64,000 bases of DNA from a virus, in the IMG/VR virus record IMGVR_UViG_3300031999_000005, positions 1 to 64,000 of that record; one strand, written 5' to 3'. Positions within the stretch are counted from its first letter, which is position 1, and each line of letters begins with the position of its first letter. This document shows positions 29,350 to 39,093 of the stretch, piece by piece. The notes under the pieces are model-generated. The model did no database searches and had not been told where the DNA came from. It worked only from the letters and a program-made list of their open reading frames with translations. The position numbers and the translations under genes are program-made.

Positions 29350-32300
29350 AATCCCTCCGTCTTGTATTTGCCGGCTTGGTAGAGCCGTCCGCCGAGTTCG
29401 CACGCCGCTCGGCCCACATCTGCCGCTTCAGCAAAAATCTTCCGTCGCTTTGTGTCGTCCTTCTCGCGCCAAGCTCGGTTACTAAGCCGACGTTGCTTGG
29501 CAAGCAAAGCGTAAAAGCGTGGAGTCATTTCCATGTTGCTCAAAATCCCTCAAGGTGATTCATCAACCAGCGCCGCAACTTTGGATCTCGGATCGCTTCC
29601 TGATTCCGCGCCCCAATTTCCGGCGTCACCGGGTAAGTCCAGTCGAGCGGCAGGGATTGAAGCACTCTCAAGACAATCTCGGCACCCCGCTTGCTAACGG
29701 GATTGGGGCCAGCCCTTTTCCCAGTGCTGAGGTTTTCCACCGCGTAGCGTAGACGGCCCCGTGAATTGTAATCCTTGCCAACAACAAGCATGTCTTACCC
29801 CCTCGCCAGTCGGCGTTGCCTCAAGGTTGCCACGGCCAACCGCAGCGTGTGTTCCGCTTGGTAGGCCAGGAGCACAGTCAATTCCCCGCCACCGATAGCC
29901 TGCCCGCTGGCCATAGCGCGGGCAGCCCGCCAAGCCAAGGCCCAAAGTGTTCGCTTCATGTCAGGCCCCTTTCTTCTCGCCGGCCAACTTTACCGCGAGC
30001 GCTTCGACTTCGGCAGTGGTCAAGCTGGTCATACTGAGTTCCCAGGTTCCTTTCACACCCTCATGCACCCAAGCATCCTCAGGAAAGAGTCTGGAGAGCC
30101 GTTCACATTCCTGTTGCCGGTGGGCCTGGTCAGCTTGCCGTGCCTGTTCGGCCTGGTGCTCGGTGGCTTGCTTGGCGTCCCATTCGGCGCGCTCGGCTGG
30201 AGTGGCGATCCCCACGATGGACGGTGAGTTTCCGAAGCGTCCTATCTTGTAACCGTTCTGCCGGTAGTAGCGGTCGGACTGCCCTCCGCTACCCAAAACA
30301 ATTTGAGTGGCGGTGATCCGACGAACAGTTTCAATGTGCCGACGGTTGCGCCATTGTTCCATCCACACCCGGTTGCCAGCCTTGATGTCTTCGAGAAAGT
30401 TGTCGCTCATGGTTCCTCTGCAGACTTCCGGCGGGGATCGTTAACCCGCAGGTGGATGGAGTCGCGCAGGTCCAGGCCACACTGAGCGCAAGTGTCCGCG
30501 TCGTCGCTGCCCTGTATGCGGACGTGAACATGGGGCATCCCTGTCTCCGTTGCGGACTTGATTGCGGCCATCGCAGTTGCCTCGATTAAGGCCCCGGTTT
30601 GCTGGGCTGCTTCAATTGCGGCAGCAGGTAGCTGGATACGGTTCAATTCTCTGAATGCGGTTGCTTGCCCTAGAATTACCAGCAAAGCATCCCGCAGCCT
30701 TCGATTGATGCGCCCCAGCTCGTTCACTTTGCTCAACTGCCGTTCGCGGGCGGTGGGATGGTTAGTAACGTTGGTCATTTCAACCTCTCTTCCGGCTTGG
30801 CTGTCCAAGCTCCGCAAACAGAGCAATACCAGCCGGGGCCGTCGTTATCGTACAGAAGCCGAACATTACGCTCACAGAGATGGCAGTAGCCGACAATTGG
30901 CGACCGAACCGGCGGTTGCTTCCTCGTCTTGCTCATGGCAATTCTCCTTTCGCCTTCAGCAGCACAGCGTCTACGCGGTTGGCCCAGGGACGGCCCGCAC
31001 CGTACTGCTGGTATTCGGCCTCTTTTGTCGCTCTTTGCGGCCAGTGGGTGTGACATACCTGGCAAACCATCACGCCCTCGTATAGCCGGTGTAGTGTTGT
31101 AGCAGTGCATCTTTTGCAATACTCGAAGACAGTCACGGCAATTCCCCTTTCGCCTTGGCTACAGCGGATTGAACTTGCTGCCGCCATTTGTCCGGCTCAA
31201 ACGGCACATCCGCTACCCGCTGGCACGCCTCCAGCAGTTCCGGCGCGGCGGCGATTAGGCTGGCGTTGGCCTCGTTCTCTGCCGATTTGCCTTGGCCCCT
31301 ATCTACTATCCGTGCGGTGGCTGTTTCACCCGCCATAATCTGCGGAGTGCTAAGTTTGCCACGGTCCAGAATAGTCCACGGTCCAGGTGTGTGTTTCATC
31401 GCTTCATCCTTTTAGCGGTTGACCCGCTCCCAAATGAGCCGCAGCTTGTCGGCCTCGATTCCCTGCCGGATCACGTTCGGCTGGCGGCACATCTTCCAGG
31501 TAGCTGAGGAATAATTCCCGTTGAGCAGGACCTCGCCGGTATCCCGCAGGCTGTAGAGGGTGCCACTGTTGCGGTTCTTCCAGCGTGCGGTTTCCGTGCC
31601 GTGCTTGTAAAGTGCTGCCACTGTTCACGCTCCTTTACTCGTCGCTCTGCGGGTCTTTTTCTTGGCCTTCGTTTCTTCCTGCCGCTCCTGTTCTTCGGAG
31701 CGTCGGCAGAACGGGCAAACGCTCGGTATCGGGTGCAATTGGTGATTCGCCACAGTGCCGCCCTCCTGGTAATAGTGAGAAACAGCATTGTGAACGTCCC
31801 GCAGATCCGCAACATACACCGAATAGCTACGCCAGCCCATACCCGGCGCACTGACCTTTATCTTGAACCCGTTTCCATGCCGTGAGATTGTCAGCATTGA
31901 TTTAGCTCCCATCCGAAGGCGCGCCGCTCAGGCACGCCCTCGGTCGAAGCTAAAGCGCGTCCGCCTCCTTCTTGGTAATCTCCCCGGCTGCCGCTCGGTG
32001 TGCCAGAGCAATAGCGGCACCTCGGCTCAACTTATTGAACGGGCCGAAGGTGTCGATGCTGGCGTTTTTGGGATCGAACTGGCGAACAGTGAAACGCCGC
32101 CCAGCCGCGTCGAATCCGCTATCTTCGGAACTGACAAAGAACACGCCGCCCGGCCCGTTGTAGACCTTCGGCAGAATGCGCGAACGGAAAGATTTCATGT
32201 TGGAGCGGTCGAACCAATGGCCGCCGGCTTCCCAGTTCACTTGTTTGATCGCGGCCATGCAGGTAAACCGTGCTTCTGGCTCCGGGGCCTTCTTCGGGCG

Positions 32301-32946
32301 TACCAAATCAACGTACCGCTCCAGGACGACCGCAGCGGCAAGAGCAAACTCGGTCGGGTAATACTGGCCGGTGGTGTACTTCAGGCTCTTGCCGTTCCAT
32401 TGCAGGCGCCCGGAAAACGCCTCGAAAGCCTCGGTGAGAGCCTGTGCGTTGTGAAGGTATGCGTTAGCTTGGCTCCAGGCTGCCCGCGCCCGCTCCCGCT
32501 GTTTCAGAATTGAGCGGTACTCACTCCGGTATGCTGTGCCATCGCTGTCGTAGTTGGCAGGGTCAAGGCTAATCCGCTGGTTGATCCACTTGGCAAGCGC
32601 CGCTAATACCGGCGCTACGTCTGCGGCTACTTTGATTGTCGTTTCGTTCATCTCTTCATTCTCCGTTTTTCTCGGCGTGGTTCCCGCCGGTTGTGGGACG
32701 GTTTAAGCCGTCCGGCTTGCCGGGTTGCTTGTGCCAAGGTCATCTTTTGCCCCCGCGCCGTGATGCCCACCGTTCCAATTCCACCAGCCGGTGCCGCTGC
32801 CAGAACGTGAGCAATCCGGCCTTTTCCATCCCAAGTAGGTCCTTATATTCACCCGCCAGGTTGCGTTGTACGAGCCACGCAACCGCAGCCGGGAAAGCCT
32901 TGGCGAATTCTTCCCAATCGCTACCGTGGATGAATTGAGTTTCCAT
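29346..32946 (-). other. Array of small co-oriented hypothetical genes (e.g. 29961-30410, 31133-31399, 31412-31621, 31950-32651, 32740-32946)
   Basis: Tightly packed or overlapping ORFs with SDs; MKHTPGPW...NASLIAAAPELLEAC is a familiar phage early-gene pattern. Confidence 0.7.
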
Positions 32947-33099
32947 GCGTCCACCTTACGCCTGTCCTTTTTATTCGCCTAACACTTTCCATCGAACGGT
33001 CAAAAATAGCAGGTGAACGGCGAGAATCCGGGGTCGAATGGCAAATCTGTGCATTAAAGCCCATTTGACACCTGCCAAAAGTCGCCTTATAGTTTCGAC

Positions 33100-33300
33100 A
33101 TGCGCCGGAAAGGCTGGACGAGACCGAAGCGGCGGCCGGCAGCACTCGGGCCGCCTTGCCCCGCATGTGGTAAGCGCATGGAATTGCGCTGCTGGTCCTG
33201 CGAAGGCAAGGCCGGCGGTCGCGGGCATAGAAAATATGCCGCTGCCCCTCCAGAGCAGGAACTTTACCGGCAGAAGCCCGGTTTTATTGTGGAGGATTGA
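33100..33300 (+). CDS. Small Cys-containing protein upstream of recombinase
   Basis: CPAC...CWSC; TTGACA (33065) and TATAGT promoter-like elements just upstream. Confidence 0.4.
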   Translation: MRRKGWTRPKRRPAALGPPCPACGKRMELRCWSCEGKAGGRGHRKYAAAPPEQELYRQKPGFIVED

Positions 33301-33305
33301 ATTTT

Positions 33306-34034
33306 ATGGATGCCCTATACTTTCGCGTGTCCAGCGTTCGCCAGACAGCAGAAAACCAGTTTGAGGATCTGCTTGAAGTGGCTGAAAAGGACGGCTCCGC
33401 CCGTGACTGGTCAGCTATCCGCGCCGGGCTCGCTGCCGCCGTCTACACTGAGGACAAAGGCGCTGGCCGTATCGTGTACCATGTCCGCCCTGAGGTGGTC
33501 GCCACGCTCGCTGGCCAGTGCGTTTACGTGGAGCAAGGCAAATCGGGAAAGGTGGGTGCCGCCGCCCGACCGCTATTCGAGCGCATGAAGCGGGATGCCG
33601 CTGCCCGGCGTTTTGACAGGCTCCTGGTGTGGAAGGTGAGCCGGTTGGGGCGCGACATGCGGGAGGTGATTTCGACTGTTTACGAGCTCGCGGATCTCGG
33701 TGTTACGGTCGTACCTGTCAAAAGCGCAACCGGCCCGATCTCATCCACCATGGGTAAACTGCTGTGGGCAATTCAAGCTTGGTTTGCCGAATATGAGAAC
33801 AGTGAACGCTCTGAGACGATCAAAGCTGGCCAGTCACGCGCCCGCGCCAGTGGGAAGCACATGGGCCGACCACGTACAGCGGTCAACGCTGAGGCTGTAG
33901 CGGCCCGCCGTGCCCTCGGTGAGTCCTTTGTGGCCATCTCTGCCGCCCTGGATATCTCGCAGGCTACAGCACGGCGGCTACACCGTGCCGCCAAGCTCCC
34001 CCCGGACCTGCCCACCACCGCGCCGGTCGTCTGA
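33306..34034 (+). CDS. Small serine recombinase (resolvase/invertase) with C-terminal HTH
   Basis: YFRVSS..Q, RPLFERM, VWKVSRLGR, SETIKAGQSRARASGKHMGRP. Confidence 0.92.
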   Translation: MDALYFRVSSVRQTAENQFEDLLEVAEKDGSARDWSAIRAGLAAAVYTEDKGAGRIVYHVRPEVVATLAGQCVYVEQGKSGKVGAAARPLFERMKRDAAARRFDRLLVWKVSRLGRDMREVISTVYELADLGVTVVPVKSATGPISSTMGKLLWAIQAWFAEYENSERSETIKAGQSRARASGKHMGRPRTAVNAEAVAARRALGESFVAISAALDISQATARRLHRAAKLPPDLPTTAPVV

Positions 34035-34452
34035 ACCCGCTCAACATCTGTATTTGGATGTAGTAGGGTATCGAAAGCCCTCAGGCGTTGCGTCCTGGTG
34101 CCTTCTATGCCCTTGTTTTTGTGTGGATTGCAGGAATTGGGGTTTTCTTCAGTAGCCCTCGGTGGTTCCCAGCGGTACACAAGCCTTCCAGCCCCGTGCA
34201 AAGTCCACTCCCCGCTCCTGCATACGGATCGAGCGCGCCATTGACGCCCGGTTCGGCCATACCTGGAATAAAACATCAAAGTCCATAATCCCACAACCGG
34301 CGCGTTTACGTGCGGTACGTTCCGGGTGTTCTGGGACGTGCCCGCTGGTCTCGGCCCCCGACAGGATATAACGCTGCATGTCTTGATTCCAACCCCCGCC
34401 TGCTGCCCTCTGTGCAGAGCCGCAGGCCGGGGCTGGTCTCCCCGGCCGCGAT

Positions 34453-37400
34453 TCATTCCATAGGCACCCCCCTTTCTACGGCCATGCTGCCGTCTGTTGC
34501 GATGGCCTCGGGAAACTGCGCGGTCCACGGACACCGGCCCTTTACCACCTCCAGCGACACCAAGCTAAGAGATGTGGTGTCCTCCATGTCGTGATTAAAG
34601 CCGCGATTCTCCCCGTGCTGGATCGCCTCTCTGACCGCCTCACCAGCAGATTCTTTCATCCGCAGTTCCAGGGGATCGTCGGCCTCGGGTTCACGAATGC
34701 CGAAAAACTCGTCTACCAGTTCAATGGACATCACGAGCTTCAATTCAACCTGCATCGGTGGTACCTCCCGCCCAAGCCAAACAAGGGCCTGGGGGCGGGG
34801 CGCTACGCTGCCCGCGGTAGGCCGATCTTGTTCCATGCCTCGTCGGGGACAAAGGCCACGCGGCTCTTGAGGATGTCCGCCAGTAATTCCGTCGGCTGCA
34901 CGATCCGCCGCACAGCCTCTTCTTTCACCACCACCCACCCCCCGGTACGGTAGGGGTTGGCGCCCTGCTCCCCCTCCCGGACGCTGATAAAGATAACCCC
35001 TTGCTGCATCAGTTCCTTGCACTTGTCGCATGGGCGCTTGTCCCATACCGCTGCGTGGGGAGCTTCTTGATCGCCTTGCAGTTGGCCGGCCAAGATGATC
35101 TCGTTCTTGGCCTCATTGCAAAAGAAGCACACTGGGATAGCTGGGTTAACACCGTGTTTCGGGCTAAGTTTTATGCTCACTTGATAGTACCTCCTGCCCG
35201 GCTCGACCTGGAGCCCGGCGCGAGCCACTACCCGCCTACCTGCCGCCCAAGTAGCCTGTCCTGGTCCCTTTGCCCTTGGTGAAGATTTGCTCCCCGTAAG
35301 TCCAGTAGAATTAACGCGTGACTGCCGTAAACCCCCTTTACCTGCCATAAACCCCCTTTATCCCTCCATAGCGCCACCTGGAATCCTCTGAGTTGGACAG
35401 CGTGATGTGCGGCGCTAGAAATCCTCCCGGCCCGTAAACCTCCCTGGAATCCGCTTCATCAACAAGCCGCGCCAGTTACCAAGCTCGTTTTCCCTGACTA
35501 TGACACGGCTATTGACTCTCTCAGCGAGCTGGCACAGGTGACGGTAGCCATAATCACCAGCAGATTTACGCGGGTACTTGCCGTTCACGGGCATACAAGA
35601 GCCGCGTGAGCATGTAGGATCATCCGGCCAGCCTGCCCGCCGATTGACAGCCATATTAACAAGCCATGCGGGATCGTCGGTATAGCCGACAGATTTACCG
35701 CTGGCACGCAATCCCTGACAGTGCTTCAGTAAAGCGATTGTCCCAAGTACCTGCGCATGGGTGTGCTTCACTTTGTAGTACCTCCCGCTCACTACTCCAT
35801 CCGGGAGCAGTCAGCGGGAGGGGCGACCCTATCGCGTTCGCCCCTTGGTGATTCGCGGGTCGCCCGCTCCCCTCTGGCCCGCTGCTGCGACAGTGGGCCG
35901 GAGGCAATGGCTGCGATTACCTGCGCAGATCGAATCCCTGTGTATGGCAGTAGCTGTCGTCAATGGCCGCAGGGAACGCGGCCCGCAACGCTGCGAGTAC
36001 CGCCCGGCCCTCATCGCTGTGGTCGATGACGCCGACTAGGTACTGCCCGCTACGACGATGCATATATCCCCAGGTACGCCTAGCATCGGTCTGCCCGAGC
36101 AAATATATATCGCGTCCGTCGATGGTCAGCCCGCCCTCGTTGTCGTGGCGCTCCTCCTCGTCACTCGATAGCTCGATCAGAGTGTAGCGCGAGTACCCGG
36201 CTGCGATAGCGCGGCTGATTAGTTTCGCTCGTTTCGTTCGCCCTATTTTTTGAGTGTCCATTAGCGTTTCCTCGTTTCGTGTCTGGCCCGCCAGCCTGCC
36301 GGGCTGGCGCGGGGCGCTACGTGTACTTGGCCACCTCGCTGGGCGTGCAACCATGTACCTCGATCAGGTGGTACGCGGAGCCGCGCCACGGTTGGCGGTG
36401 GTCGCAGAGAGGACATTGCCACTCGGTTTCCCCGAGTATGCGGCCCTCTGTCGCCAGGATCTGGATGTGTTCATTGGGATTGTCACACGTCAAAAACGAA
36501 GGGCACTGGTGTGTCATAATGTTTCTCCTCCCCGCGTTGAATCGCGGTGCCAGCGGTCGCAACCGCCCGCGTCGGGACTCAGGCCGCTATCCTTAGAAGA
36601 TGAGCAGGAGCCGGAAGGCACACTCCCCGGCCTGGTCCTCAGTGGCGCCCAGATATACCGCGATGTGAGAGCCGCCGCAGTAGACCCACCGGCCGGGAAA
36701 CGCATCATGGGCACGACTGGCAAGATTGCCGGGGTTGTCTTCGGGGCGTGCCGTGGTGCGGAGCCGGTCGTATTCGGCCTCTTCTGCCCGAGTGAGGCTG
36801 TCAAAGCCCTTGTCGGGTTCGCCTATCCATTGTTTATAGAGCATGTGATCCTTTCTGGTGCGTTAATTAACGCAGTTGCGGGCCTAAAAGCAAGCTGGTG
36901 GCCGCCAATTTGTGCGCTGGAATAAACCAGCGCAGGCCCAGGTTGCGCTCTTCCAGCATAGTCGCTCTTAGCGGTACCGCACGGGCATCGTTGGGTCGCC
37001 GAGTCCATGCCGGCACGAGTCTGTCAGTATCCCATATCGCGTACTTGCTGCGTACCCGCATTGCCAGTACCTCCCGCTCACGGTCAGAACCTCCAGGTCT
37101 GGCCGTGGTGCGCGGGGCGCTACGCGTTGCGCTTGCGCGGGGCTGGGATGATCCTGCCTCGCCGGATATCCTGTCGCCGCTCTATAGCGGCCTTCTCTGC
37201 ACGAGCTGCTATAGCATCCGCTCGGTCGGCTGCCTTGGCTTGTCCTCTCGTCATTGTCTCATCCTCCTCCTCCTGCCAGCGGGTTGCGCCGGCACGGGCG
37301 GCTGAACGCCTCCCATGCGCCGCCCGAATCCCCCGAGTCGGACGGCGGAGCGGGGCGCTACAAGGCCACAGAGACAACCGTGTCGGGCTGGCCTACGGGG

Positions 37401-37600
37401 TTCATGGCGTACTGAACCGTTCGCCTGTGGTGTCGGCGTAAGGGATAATCGCCGGGGTTGTCCTTGAGGTATTGCCGACGCCACTTCCTCCATTCGTGCT
37501 CGATCCGGCGTGCCTCCTCGACCGTGGCACCGGTCGCCTCCGCTGATCCTGCGTGGTTCAAGGTGCCTTCGCAGTCGAAGGCGTAAATCTGGTATTTCAT
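34453..37600 (-). other. Second array of small early-type genes with shared intergenic motifs (e.g. 34803-35180, 35415-35792, 35917-36261, 36317-36518, 36593-36844, 37358-37600)
   Basis: Co-oriented ORFs; recurring GTAG-CGCCCCGC after stops and GGGAGGTAC SDs. Confidence 0.65.
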
Positions 37601-38280
37601 TGGTTGCGCTCCTTTCAAAACTACCGTTCGCCCGTGGCCCTTAAGCCCTTTGCTTTCTTCTGCTGTGCTGGTGTTTTCGGCTCTTCCAGAAGTGGTTACT
37701 TTTGGTTGCCGTGCCTGGTGAGCCGCGTTCATGCTCTCAGCCTACACCCGCCCTTTCCAGCCTCCAAGCCTTTTCCATTGAACGGCTGCAAATCGGGGTC
37801 GAATGGCGAGAATCACGGGTCGAACTGCTAATGTACGGAAAGCGTCCACGTCCAAATTTGGATGTTGGGCGCCGCTGGTCGTCGGCCTGGTGGTGTCGCC
37901 CCTGGTGCGTGTCGGCGTTGAAGACCAGGCGCCTCCAGTCGCCGGCAGAGCCGCCCCCGCCTGCCTTCGGTGGTGAGCATGGGCGCCGCCTCTGCCCTTC
38001 CAGGTGCAGCGGTGGAGGCGGGTACAAGGGCCTCGATCCGCCCCCGGCAGAGCCTCGCGCCCTTTCTGCGTCCCCGCTTCCGCCTGCCTTCGACCCCTGC
38101 CGCCGCCCCGTGCCAGCCCCGCCAGCCTGCCGCCTTGCCTGCCTTTGCCCCCTGCCTGCACTCGCCACCGGCCCGGTAAGGGGTAAAGGGGTAGCGGTGG
38201 TAATCGCCGCGCGCGGGAGGGACTCATTGGAGGGCCAGCGCACAAAAAATTCAAAAAGTTTTTTAGTTGTAAAACGAAAA

Positions 38281-38290
38281 GTGATAGGAT
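38281..38290 (+). promoter_or_regulatory. Extended -10 promoter candidate (TGaTAGGAT), repeated near 39076; related site near 42955
   Basis: GTGATAGGATAGG before two consecutive genes, each preceded by TGTAAAAC and A-tracts. Confidence 0.5.
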
Positions 38291-38299
38291 AGGCAGGAG

Positions 38300-39004
38300 A
38301 TGGAGCATATAGTGGCATTATCAGGGGGGAAGGATTCGACGGCGATGGCGCTGAGGTTAGCAGAGGTAGAGGGACGGGGATACGAATACATCTGCACGCC
38401 GACAGGGGATGAATTACCAGAGATGGAGGGACACTGGAAGAGACTTGAGGGGATACTGGGGAAGGAGTTAATCCGACTGAAGAACCACGATCTTGATTTT
38501 TGGATAGAGGAATTCAAGGCTTTACCAAACTGGCGGCAGAGGTGGTGCACGAGGTTGCTAAAGATAACACCTTGCCTTGCGTTTTTACGGGTGCATCAAC
38601 CGGCAACGCTTTACGTAGGACTCCGGGCGGATGAGGAGGAGAGGAAGGGGCTGTATTCGACGGAAGTTTTAACTGACTTCCCGTTACGGCGGTGGGGGTG
38701 GGGGATAAAGGAGGTGCGGGAATATCTAAAGGTGCGGGGCGTTTGCATCCCACGGCGGACGGACTGTGCTCGGTGCTACGACCAGCGGCTGATCGAGTGG
38801 AAGCGCTTGTGGCAATTGCATCCTGAGATTTACGCGAAAGCAGAGGCACAGGAGCAAAGATTGGGCTGCACTTTCCGCGGCCCTGGAAGGGATAATTGGC
38901 CGGCGCCGCTTGTAGAACTGCGCGTGGCATTTGCAAGCGGTCGAAAGGTGCGTGGAGAAGCACAGTATGAGGAATACGAGCGTTGCCGAGTGTGCAGGAT
39001 GTAA
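38300..39004 (+). CDS. PAPS-reductase-family (adenine nucleotide alpha-hydrolase) protein
   Basis: SGGKDS PP-loop, RWCTRLLKI, GLRADEEER, RTDCARC. Confidence 0.85.
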   Translation: MEHIVALSGGKDSTAMALRLAEVEGRGYEYICTPTGDELPEMEGHWKRLEGILGKELIRLKNHDLDFWIEEFKALPNWRQRWCTRLLKITPCLAFLRVHQPATLYVGLRADEEERKGLYSTEVLTDFPLRRWGWGIKEVREYLKVRGVCIPRRTDCARCYDQRLIEWKRLWQLHPEIYAKAEAQEQRLGCTFRGPGRDNWPAPLVELRVAFASGRKVRGEAQYEEYERCRVCRM

Positions 39005-39093
39005 AGTGTCCATTCGAGGGCCGACTGGCAAAAAATAAATTCAAATTTTATAGATGTAAAACAGGAAGAGGGTGGTGATAGGATAGGGGGCGG

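Noticed and set aside
33306-34034. Recombinase as prophage integrase
   Set aside because: Small resolvase-type protein lacking the large C-terminal recombinase and zinc-ribbon domains; no host junction seen.
37702-38318. Several 190-aa ORFs at the divergent junction
   Set aside because: Low-complexity products of GC-skewed sequence, with no SD or recognisable motifs.
38300-39004. Dnd/Ssp phosphorothioation system
   Set aside because: Only a lone PAPS-reductase-like gene; no other dnd or ssp components are recognisable.
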